This document shows, piece by piece, positions 1-11,457 of a stretch of DNA of 26,489 bases; positions within the stretch are counted from its first letter, which is position 1; each line of letters starts with the position of its first letter. This DNA comes from Paraphysomonas bandaiensis. Lineage: Eukaryota > Protista > Chrysophyceae. The stretch is from the NCBI GenBank assembly GCA_965644295.1, contig CBFFRP010000040.1:1-26489 (forward strand), given 5' to 3'. The notes beneath the pieces were generated by a model. It made no database searches. It saw only the letters and a program-made list of their open reading frames with translations, and had not been told where the DNA came from. The position numbers and the translations under genes are program-made.

Positions 1-802
1 TACGTATACTGAAATAAAAAACGACGCTACCATGCATACATGAAAACGTTTGCTTTGCTGGACAGATTGGTAGCGAGAACCAGGGCGTTGCAAACTTTAA
101 GCAACCTTATAAGACAAACGTGGAAAAATGTTCAAATTTGAGACTTTTGATTGAAAGCTATGTTCTACGAGTAATTTTAATGTTAATTTGTCATTTGTAT
201 ACAACACAGCTAAAGGTATAATATATATATATATTGTATACATATATATTGTATATAATAGTATATTATTTTGTATATCTAGCCCTAATCGATTGCATTG
301 TGTTCACTAAAAACTGAAAGGTTTGTTTTGTGAATTTTAAACATTTCAGTTTTTAGTATTGGCATATAAAACAAAATAAAACTTAAGTATAATATATATA
401 TTATAATAAAAAGTAATCGAGCTACTACCGTCATTCACGTCATTTTATAGTTTTTTACAAGTAAAATCCCATTTTACATATAAAATCCATAGGCTACAGA
501 CTAAGCATATATGAAACCTGGTTAGGGTTAGGTATCTATTTCAGTTTCACTACTATAATTATCCTGACATACATCATTAGTTCTCATAATACACAGTAAA
601 CTACTTCCGTATTACTCCATTAGCTGTCATAATTCTATCTACTCTCAAGCTTTTAATTGCTCTCAAAGAGCAAAACTCATCACTAACTGACTTCTTTTCT
701 ACTGTCTAAGACACAGAAGAACACATTTGTTGTGTTTAGTGTTAGTGATATGATCCAGTCATTTCTACTTCATCCACGAGGAAAAGTAGACAGCATGCTT
801 AT

Positions 803-1951
803 CGGGGCTGCGAAACAATTAATTGTCAATTAAGTGACGTATGTTGTAGTCAATTATAATTTCAATTATTACTTTCTGTCCCAATTAATTGATACTAAAC
901 ATGTTCAAGTAGCTATACATTTGCTACTAACATAGCTTGCTCAACTGTAATTTCTTTCCAGAGGCGACAACTCATGCGTAATAATATAGAAGTAGCTCTA
1001 AATGCTGAGGAGTCATACTCTTACGCAAATCAGTCATAAAAATCATACCTCTATTGAATAATCTTTCAACCTTATTCATACTGTGGTATCGAGTTTGCTT
1101 GTTAAGACATACTGGCTTCTGCTGCCTGTTACCATCAATCAAAGTTGCGCTGTATTGTCGTTCTGAATTACACACTGTCATCAACTTCTTCATCCTCATC
1201 GAGCAATACTAATTTTGCCGTCCTGGTAAGTGCGAATTCGTTGCCACTTTGAATCTTTACGGCTGCCTTTTCAAGAGCAGCGTAATGAATAACAGCAGCA
1301 TTTTCGTATGACACTCGATAATTGGGTGCCTTATGATGAGTTCGTTAAACAACGTACAAACGTTGTGGAGAGCGAGCTGGTGTTCAGCTTCCTTCTGTAG
1401 TTCTATTAGGGGATACCTTACGCTCTACGTATTTATCCATGACACTACCACATCGGTATAAGAAACCAAAACTTTCTCTTTCCAGCCGTCGTGTTTGAGA
1501 GGTTGCTTCACCCAATCCTTTTCGCCTCAGAACAATTATATGATTCTACCAATAAAGATTGTGGTAGAAGGCACAAAACGTGCAATTATGATTTGTTGTC
1601 CCTATTTCAATTATTGCAATTTCAATAATTGACAATTAATTGCAATTATATGAAGGTCAACACACACACATCGACGACGAATTGTTTTTTCAAATATAAC
1701 CATAAGAATAATTCAATTACTACATCACTTTTTTTTGATATTTCACATTTAAGGGTATTTCTTGAGTATATTTTATTATATTAACTTACTACTTTATTTT
1801 TTAATTTTATATATTTTTTATATAATTTGGAATCCCTGTTTACAGAGGCGTAATATGAAGCGAAAGCGGAATGTTAGATGAAATGAAAGGAAATTGATTT
1901 TTTCGTCGTCGTTGTGTGTGTGTGTAGTTAATTAATTGATACGCAACCCTG
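803..1951 (-). mobile_element. Non-autonomous (internally deleted) hAT-superfamily DNA transposon, 1149 bp
   Basis: Imperfect TIRs: CGGGGCTGCGAAACAATTAATT from 803 and AATTAATTGATACGCAACCCTG ending at 1951. Perfect 8-bp target-site duplication ATGCTTAT at 795-802 and 1952-1959; 8-bp TSDs are typical of hAT. Contains a transposase remnant and many subterminal CAATTA-type motifs. Confidence 0.92.
972..1310 (-). pseudogene. Degenerate hAT transposase C-terminal fragment
   Basis: KVERLFNRGMIFMTDLRKSMTPQHLELLLY resembles the hAT dimerisation signature (ERxFS...R..l....le.ll). An upstream segment in another frame (ENAAVIHYAALEKAAVKIQSGNEFALT) ends in a stop. Lies inside the TIR/TSD-bounded element. 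Confidence 0.8.
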
Positions 1952-2099
1952 ATGCTTATATACTGATACTAAGCTAAACTTCGAAGTACGTGAACTCACT
2001 CATTAGAGTACCTTCATTGACACTAACCCTAATCGAATAATTAAATTATTACAACATACGTTATTCAATTCAAGGACCAAAATTATTCATACTGGAAGC

Positions 2100-5000
2100 T
2101 CAAGCATTCGGGCTAATTTTCCATACTAATATTGTCCTGTCCTTCTTCCCGACAGTGATGCAGTACCTATTATCACATGTAAACCGTACTTTTCCGAGTT
2201 CACCATCATGCGCTGGCATGTTCAATGATGCAGACTGTGTTAATCAAATAAGTGCATAGTATTGTAAATAATAAAATAAATACTGGAACCTGTTTTGATA
2301 CACAGGGGTAGTTGTATATCTTGAACATTCCAGTTTCATCCCCAACTGCAAGAAGTTCTTCGTTGGGTGACCGATGCATGCATCCTGGCTCCACCGCCGT
2401 CCCATTGGCCACGTCATCCACATATGGCCATGCACCTATCCATACAGCCCAATTAACGAAAAATGAATACCGTATTGCACAATGTCACACCCTGAACTGG
2501 CCAGCCAAATATACAAGTCCAGGTGGACCATCGGATATCCTTCAGATGAGAACCCGAGCTGAAATACTCTCCATCTTCGGCTTCAAAGTATAAGTGCTCA
2601 TAGTCACCAGAGTCGCTCTGAATATACACACCGTCCTCACTGAAGTCGAACTCCTTTATAAAGCTATTGTGTCGATCGCAACTACCCTTTATGCGGTATG
2701 TTTCGCGATGGTAGATGTATATCTTGTGGTCCATGGAGCCCACTGCGAATGATGTCCCCTCGGGATTGAATTTCACATCTTGAATCCAGTGACGTGAGTC
2801 CCTGTCGAATTGAAACAATGACACGACATATATTACACCTAACAATACACACCTGCCCTCGAATAGCGGCTTTAGTGTGAAGGCATCTAATATTAGAAAT
2901 GCCCCATCCTTCCGCTGTCGCGTTCCGTCCCATGAACCACCCAAACCTACCACGAGTAGTTTGCCATCTGGCGACCAGCTGACACAACGAGATGTGCAGT
3001 CCAGCACAGCTTTGCGGAGGACCCGCCGATGAGAAATACTCCAGATACGTATAGTAAAATCATCTCCAGCAGTAGCGAATAAATCGGGATCAAAGGGGTG
3101 CACTCCAATACCCCACAGCTCTCCCGCATAATGCGATTCATGCATGAGACATATGCTGCCTGAGTGTGCAGCCAACTCATAAATATCACCTCCTGCAGTA
3201 CCCACTAACACACGAGTGACACCCGTTTGACTCGTTTGTTTAGAGAGAGCACAATCAAGAGAACGAATACAGCCGTTGAGCGGAGGAACATCCGCATCAG
3301 TGAGAACAAAACTCTTAATATAATTTAATTTGGAACTCCAAATCTTTATCTGCCCGTCCTTTGATCCAGTTACAACATTCTCCCCATTCGACCAAATACA
3401 GCTGACCCCTTTCTCATGTGCGCGTACTGTACGGTCCAATGTACGTCCGTGCCACACATACAAATGCCCGCTAGTTGTACCGCTGACAAAATCACGGCCT
3501 ACAGCAGCTCCACAAAGTGCAGTACCGAGCTTAACACTTTGTGCATACTCGGCATAAGTTGAGTTCAGACACCTCCCAGTACAATTCCAAAACTTGACAT
3601 GAAAGCGCCCACCAGAGGCAAATAAAAACTCATCTGATATGTAAAAAGAAGCAAAAAGTACAGGGTTAGCATCACCCTTATTCCATGCCTTCAGGCGTGC
3701 ATCAGTCCACTCTCCAGTAACAGATTCCCAAAGAGCAATTGAGTGGTCCTGATCCTGACCTGTTGACAGCAGCTGTTTTCTGTCTGGGGAGAACTGTAGA
3801 CTAGATACTCCACGGCGATGGAGGATTGATAGGGTAGCAAGCAACCTGCATGTACCCGCATCCCATATAGCTATTCTTGGCCTGGGCCCCTTCGCTGCAG
3901 AGGCCGCAATCTTCCCATCCAAGGATACAGTCACACAAGATATTGTGGTTTCGTGTTCCATGAAATGCAGTTGAGAGTTCGATTTCTTGTTGTATACACA
4001 AATGTATTTCGACGCAGGATATATAATATCCCCAGCCAGGTTATACTTCACAGAGGCACGGGTCGTATCGCACTGCAAGCCGAATACATGGTTAACTTCA
4101 ACCTTAATATTTGGAGGAACGGTCTCATCAAATGTATCTAAAACTGACAAATCGGACGGCGCAACAACAGATGCAATCCAAGGTCTACTGGTCATCATAT
4201 TCTTAAGCTCTTTTGCATCTGGCAGTGCATCGGTAGACTTCTCAAGGCCAAAGAACTTAATGACATCTTCTTCCTCTTCAACAATTTTACCAGCCCGCTG
4301 CAGCAAGTTATGTGCAACATTTTCTCCTCGGTCTCTAGTATGTCTCCATTTCATGATCGACTTATCAGCACCAGATAGTGTGATCACGTACGTATCACCG
4401 GAAACAAATTTAACGCGAGTGACAGGGTTAGCTCCAGGACGATAGCGTTTGCTGAGTGCGCAGCTGTTGGTTGCTGGGTACCGGAAGAGTCCGACCCTGC
4501 CGTAGTTGTCTCCTGTGACAATGACTGTACCGTCATCTCCACGGAATAGATTACAATCACATGTCGTCACCTCCGTACCATCTCTCTGTGGAGGCCATAT
4601 ACCTTGCACAGCCCAACCTAGCGTGCATGTTTGTGTGGCCCACTTGACATCTCGCAGTCTTGACGCTGCAGGAATAAACATACCTGTGTCAGACTCAAAA
4701 AATGCTAACTCGAAGCCACCGCAATTGCTCTGTAGCCACGCGCTGTCTTCTGAAAAGTCTACATGAGAAATGAAGGAGTTATGCTGAGAGATGCAACAGC
4801 TCAGTGAATATGCATCAGTGACGCTGTACACATATAGTTTCTTGTCAAAACACCCTATGGCTAACATCTCGCCGTTAGGAGAGTATTTCATATCAGTAAT
4901 CCACTTATTACTGTCTCTTGCCTCGTGAGTAATCTGAAGGTCCTCCGCATCAAGAACTATCCACTTTCCATCATACTGCTTATTGTTCATGCGAATGGGA

Positions 5001-8000
5001 GATCCTAAGCCGACAGCAATCTTACGACCGTCTGGGGAATAAACACAGCTACGAGCCGCCATTTCAAGTTGTATAGTGTTAATTGCATGTTGCTGGGAGA
5101 CACTCCATATGCGCAATATGCTGTCATCTCCCACAGTGCAGTATTCATCCTTCAGGGGATGTACAGCCAATCCCCACAGCTCAGGACCAGAGTGGCCTTG
5201 CATTAGGGGTTGCTTATGCACACTCTCTCCGTCAAACGAGCTGACCTCAAACATTTCACAAGCTAAGGTTCCGATCAAAACGAGTCCGTGGTCAGAGTCC
5301 CAGTCAACACATCGGACTTGAGGGTTTACTGCATTAAAATTACGCACATCGACAACTAATGCACATTCCATTGTGCGGTTCCACACTTTGACAAATCCGT
5401 CTGCTCCACCAGAACATATACCATCATTCGAAGAGGCAATAGAATTTACACAACCAGTGTGTCCTTGGACCATTCCATCCAAATTACGGCCAATAAACTT
5501 GTAGAGACTTCCACTGGCCGTACCCACAACCGGATGGCTGCCGATCCAACCCGCGCAGAGAAATGCTTGCAAGCGAGACCGACTTGTGAAGAGCGCCTCC
5601 TGGTACCTCAAATTAAGTCCATCTATTTCCCAAAAGCGAATAACTTCATGACCACACTGAATTAACCCTGTCCCAGGTGGGTTGAATGCTAGAAAAAAAG
5701 ATTTCGCAGCAAAACTGGTGCTATAGGAAACAATCTGACGGAATCTCCAATTGTATATCGCAATGGTGTGATATTTGTCGCCACCTACAGTCGCCAAAAG
5801 GGATCCATCAGGAGAAAAAGCAAGGTGGGATATAATTCGGCGATGAAATCCCTCCAACACAACAAGTGTGGATCGAGTGAGCGAATTCCAAACTCGAATA
5901 GCCGGCATTTCACCAAGGTCTCCAGTAGCAATGATATCTTCGAGGGGATGCACGGCCATCGAAGTTATGGTGGAAGAGTGATCCATATAAAACTTTTGCT
6001 CCTTCGTGTTTTGATTCATAATCACACCTACACCAGCTGAAAAGAATGCAACCTCTGCGCTGTGACTATACCGCAAGGAATCTCTGCAGCGATCACAAGA
6101 AAACCCAGATATGGACTCTAACTCAAGGTCATCTGCAGGCTCGGAATTATCTTCTACGGGGGCGCTGCTTGGTGCTACAATAGTTCGATGCCACGGAAGC
6201 ATGTCGTTCGCATCCTCTTCTCCCTCCTCCAGCAAGCACAAGGAAAGTAGGCGGTCATTGAGAACATTCTCCGCATTATCGCTACGATCCAATAAGGTCC
6301 CTTCGTACTTGAATTCAGTATGATACTGGTCGGAATCGACAGTATCGTCACGTTTCATTTCTTTCGTATCCTGAGTTTCTGGTAACACAACTCTCCACTG
6401 GAAAATGCACCCATCTGTCCCACCTGTTGAAATGATGTAGCTGTCATCAATTGTGAATCGAATACACTGTATGTCGGCAGCGTGGCCTCGGGCCTGGAGA
6501 AAATTGGGTTGCTCGGAAATACAGGGGTTTCCAAGTACCCTCAAACGCCCACAGTTATCTACTGCCACCAGCATATCTCCTGCATTCGACTTACACACTG
6601 CATTGTTATACACACCATCAGCATACGGTCCCCATATGCTTTGCGTGTTGTACGAGTACACACATGTGTCCGTGTCCCAAACGACATCGCGCATCAACTT
6701 CGGCGCCTGCTGCTGACCTTTATCAGCATCCCAAAAGAGTAAATCTCCAGCAGTACAATTCGTACGTATGAACTGTCCGTCAACGGAGTAATCCACATGA
6801 ATAACTTTCCCAGTGTGTCCTCTACATTTCGCTTTGGCAGCGTAGTCACCGGTATTGTACACATAAATCGCACCATCCAGTGATGCCATGGCAACAGTGT
6901 CTCCAGTGGGAGCGATCTTGATATCAGAGAGTTGTCCTTTCGTATCACGAGCTTCATGAACAATCGTGAGGTCTTCTTCCTTTAAAACAACATGAGCTCC
7001 TTCCTTTCGCTCTTCCTTGCCTGGAATTCCACTTCCTAGGCCCACAAAAACTAGCTGGCCATCGGGAGAGTAAGCAACTGACTTGGCCATGGTGTCAAAA
7101 AGTGAGACTTTCACTTGTTTGTGCAGAACACAATCAAACACTCGAACACTCTTGTCAGCTCCAACGCTGCAGAACAGCTTTGAGTTCGTTGGGTGAGTGG
7201 CAACACCACCAACCCGGACATTGTAATGTGCAGACACAACAGCTGAGTTATGGGCATTGCGACCATCAGTTGAGTCCATCTCATATATCTCGCAAGTCCT
7301 AAATCCAAGCAGTATTTTCTGCGTCACAGTATCCCAGCACACAGACGTAATTGATGGCTCAATTGGACCGAGAGTATTGGCTGTAAATGTAGCCCCGATT
7401 TCTAGTTTCGAGTTCCACACTTGAATTTTGCCCGCGCTGCATGCTGTGACGAGCCCGGGGTCTGCTCCTTTCTGACTGATCAAATACATAGCATTAATCA
7501 TTCCAGTGTGTGCTTTGATCCCGCGAACAAGGTTCCTTCCTTCCCATACGTATAGCATTCCCGAATCTGACCCAGTAACAACAATCTCTCCGACATTGCA
7601 GACGCACCACAACGATTCTTCACGATACGCAGAGCCAAATAACCCTCGATATCGAGTGTACCCTCCCGACATATTCTGGCTCCAGAAGATGATGTGGTCC
7701 TTGCCACACGAGGCCAAGAGAGTGTTACTGAGGAAATGCACATCATACGCAGGATCCATGGAGGTGCGGGCAGACCAGAGGCGCTCCCCTCTCTTCCAGT
7801 CGTAAACGGCGAGGCAGTAGTAGCTATCCATGCCCAGTGTGACTAGCTTCACGTGATCTGGAGAAAAGTCTAATTGCACAATGCCGTTTCTGTGAAATCC
7901 TTGCATCGCCGAAAGTACTTTTTTCGATTCACAATCCCAAACTAGAACCAGAGGGCGCTGTCCGCACTCTCCTGTGGCCACAATTGTCTCACCCTTATCA

Positions 8001-9206
8001 CTTACATAAAGCTTCAAGCACGTTACGAGGTCGTTGTGGCAAGTGAAATGTGACTGCGAATTGTGTGCCACATCATGTATGACCACAACTGCACCAGCCG
8101 GGTAAACCAACGAACCACGCGCACTATAGTACACACTGTTCCGTGAGCTATGAGCATTGTACCCATATACCCAATCAAGAACAACGTTATGAGCAGGGGT
8201 CTCCCGAGAAGGTTCGTTGACACGTGCAGGAGCAAGAAAAGGTAATGAATTTTCCCAGTTCTTCTTCGGCATGAAATTCCTAGCAAAGCCTCTCTTCTCC
8301 CACGCCAAACGACCTATCCCTCCAGTAGTAGGATTCATTAGCGCTTGTTGCGTTTCTCCACGCACGAAATGTGAGTCTTGGTCTTTGTTGCGAGTCTTAC
8401 GTGTGACCGCAGTAAGCTCCTTTTCATACTCTTCCAGATCATCAAAATATTCAATCCAAGACATTATCTCTGGAGTATCCAAACAAAATTTAAGAAACGC
8501 ATCCTTCTCTATGCCTTGATATGTTAGGCCAGTGGTATCTTCAACCTTTCCGTCATTGCTCTTTTCTTGGGTTGTCTTCCGTGACATCTCATACCCCTGA
8601 ACGACAATACTCTCAACATCCGCTTCTGTGGGTGGATCAACCCGACTAAGCTTTGACAACCCTGAAAGAGTTGATCGAAATGCCAAAATCATCTCATCTA
8701 ACGTCAATACTGAGCTTTCATCAAAGTCGTACATAGCGAATATAACTAAAGAGATATCTTAGACAATAGTATTGTGTGTTGTTGATATTCTTACATGCGA
8801 TTTTCTCCTCGGGAGTCATACCAGATAATAGAGCAAACGAAGACAAAAATTCCAGCGAATCCACCAAATTATTCTAAACTGATGAGATTGATATTATGAG
8901 CAATAGATGCGAACTTACTTCATCGTCATCAAAGATACGAAATACTTTTTCAGTGTCTGTGTTGAGCACTCTTTCCGTGACACCAAGATACTCCATTAAA
9001 GCTGATTTCAAAATCTCTTGAAATTCTTCAATAGTGAGGCCAAAACCTTCGGCAATATCGTTAAAAGCTTCCCACAAATCGTACACGCAGCTTCGAGGAA
9101 CTAATGAAAAAATTAGTTTGCAGATCACTAGACATGCACCAAACTTACGATTCAGAAACCGCTTGCACCCCTGGGGCAATGGGGCTCTCCCTAATGTCTG
9201 GCCCAT
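2100..9206 (-). CDS. EML5/EML6-like echinoderm microtubule-associated protein (3x HELP-WD40/TAPE) with N-terminal EF-hand module; spliced
   Basis: ATG at 9206 (MGQTLG). Introns at 9148-9101, 8918-8874, ~8795-8745, in-frame 2852-2802, ~2490-2436 and ~2289-2236. Last exon SASLNMPAHDGELGKVRFTCDNRYCITVGKKDRTILVWKISPNA* with stop ending at 2100. Three HELP-like motifs (LDWVYGYNAHSSRNSV, LELESISGFSCDRCRDSL, VEVNHVFGLQCDTTRASV), each followed by WD40 repeats with EML-type motifs (TCTLGWAVQGIW, GDNYGRVGLFRYP). EF-hand-like loops DDDENNLVDSLEF and DFDESSVLTLDEM. Confidence 0.92.
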
Positions 9207-11457
9207 CTTAAACAGACCCACTAAGGTACAAGATGTTCCTTTCTATTGAATATAAAATTTGGCTATGGAAATATCAGTCAAAACAGAGTGTGTATGTATG
9301 CTCCACACCACAATAATCTTTGCCCAAAAAATGAAACAGCTGATTTCAGTTTTATCTTATTCTTATTCAAATAAATTCAAAAGATATCAGGGTATATGTA
9401 TATGTACAGTACACCATGTATTATATATTACGTCGTATAGTACCAAGTGTGGAGTATGAAAACCAGCATTTTTTGGAATTTCGGAATTGTATAAAACTTG
9501 CTCAAAAAGTAGCTTTTTTGCTTAAAAACACTGGTTATTAATTTCCGTTACCTAGAAACAGCAGTATGTCTTGCGAACGCGTCCAGGATGTCCACGACTT
9601 GATACAATCGAAACAAGTGATGACAGGTTAGCATTAATGTATACAGGACAAGGACGTAAACAGCGTAAACTGATATTGCCGAGTATTATTCGCTGCTGTG
9701 TCAATAGTCCAGTACTTCCTTGGAAACGAAGAGTGAGAGAGAACTGATTTAGAGAACCATATAGAAATGAAAAAGATTATTTAAACCCTGGAAAGAATGT
9801 GACATTTTCTGTTTAGAATTTCAAATCTGCTTTGCGATTGGGCATGAGTGTGACTGTCCGGTCATGAACTAAATCGGCTACCTGGCCACCGAAAGTTAAT
9901 CTGCATGTAATGCTTCGACTGCGAGGAATAAGAGACACCACTTGTAAAAGTGGCATTGGTGAACTCATTTTTTGTAGACTTCAAGTGCGTACCGCACCTG
10001 TATATGATATATGATACTCACATCTGTTCTGTTGCTGGATAGCTCTGACAAAACATAGTACAGTGAATTTAATTCCTCTGATACTTTAACTTTACCTTCT
10101 CCAATAGCATTACTTTTATCTCTTAGTAAGGTAGAACTAGTTTTTCTTTCATACCAAACATGTTCATAATATCCATTATATGCGAAGGATTCATTGTGTT
10201 AATAATTATTTAATATACATTAGGAATAATAATAATATACACATTAACCAATAAAAACTATTCATGAAACTTACACACATGCCCCTTTCGCCTGTCTGTG
10301 TGTGACTTCTTGATTAATACAATTTGCTTTAAACAGTAGAAGAGATATTGAATTTGTTTCTAGATTTTTATCATGGAAACTAGTAAACATGGATATGTAA
10401 TGAGTTTACAATTTTCAAAACTGCTTTGTTGTAAGAAATGAACCGAAGGCGAGAACATTACAGAGTTTATATGTTGGTCGTAAATTAAATTGACTGGGAA
10501 GGATGTTGGAACTATTTAGGATAATTTCTGACCTACTGTGTATTATAGTTAATAATAATTTGCTTGTGGTACAAGCAATTATAAAACAATCAATATAACA
10601 TAATACTACTAACAACTTAAATTATATAAGATAGAACTTAAATATTTTATACAAAGTTCAAATCATACCCCTCATTTAACCTGTTTCGCCCGTTGGTCAT
10701 CGCCTTCCTCCAACTTATCATGAAGCACTACTTCAAACGCATTACTAAATGGGTACAGGTGACGTTTGTTTTATAAAAGTCGTAGCTATATCTATAAATC
10801 TTAGTATATGTAAATGATCCATTGCCATTGGTTGTGGTATATATGAAAACTCTAGCAGAGAATATTGGAATGGGACCATCCAGATTCTCAAGTATCTCAT
10901 GGCCGCGACATTAGTATTGCATATGCTGTTGACTTTCGAAATCTATTCATATTACCCATAATAACTACTTAATTGCCTATTTAATCGCATATATATAATT
11001 ACTCAGCGGGAATGTATAAACACTTAGGCCTCTACACATCTGGTACACATAGTATGCGTGTAGCAAGAACAAAATAGGCAGAGAGCTGAGCAGAATATAG
11101 AATATAACACCAGCAAGTTATACACTCCTATGTCATCGTCACTACGGAGCTGTCCATACGATACCTAGTATTTACTATTATTACCCTTGCACAGCAAAAT
11201 TGTCTTTCAGATAACAACAGAGGAATGTTACGACGAATATGATAAGTCACATTATATTAGGTCAGTTGTAGATCGAATACATTCTACACGTTTTAGTAGG
11301 CGTTCTGATCCCGATAAAGATGACCCTTAATACACTGCTATTAGTAACAGCGAGAGATATTAGCAGAAACAAGAAATATTATAATTATTACGGTGTTGAA
11401 AATTACCAACACTTCATGAGTAATATATAGCATGATTCCAGACGCAACATAAAATAA

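Noticed and set aside
520-532. GGTTAGGGTTAGG telomere-like repeat (also AAACCCTAA near 2024)
   Set aside because: Only about two units; too short to call an interstitial telomere or telo-box function.
2453-8734. 2093-aa ORF taken as the complete protein
   Set aside because: It reads through an in-frame intron (2852-2802), runs into an intron at its 3' end and lacks the 5' exons; the spliced model 2100-9206 replaces it.
9547-9559. GTTACCTAGAAAC resembles an RFX X-box ~340 bp upstream of the EML gene
   Set aside because: Single degenerate match, and RFX factors are not established in the inferred lineage.
9566-11450. Possible small spliced gene(s) in the EML/BTB-like intergenic region (e.g. 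MSCERVQDVHDLIQSKQVMT + GT donor; ORF 10415-10615)
   Set aside because: The splice combinations I tried hit early stops and gave no recognisable domain.
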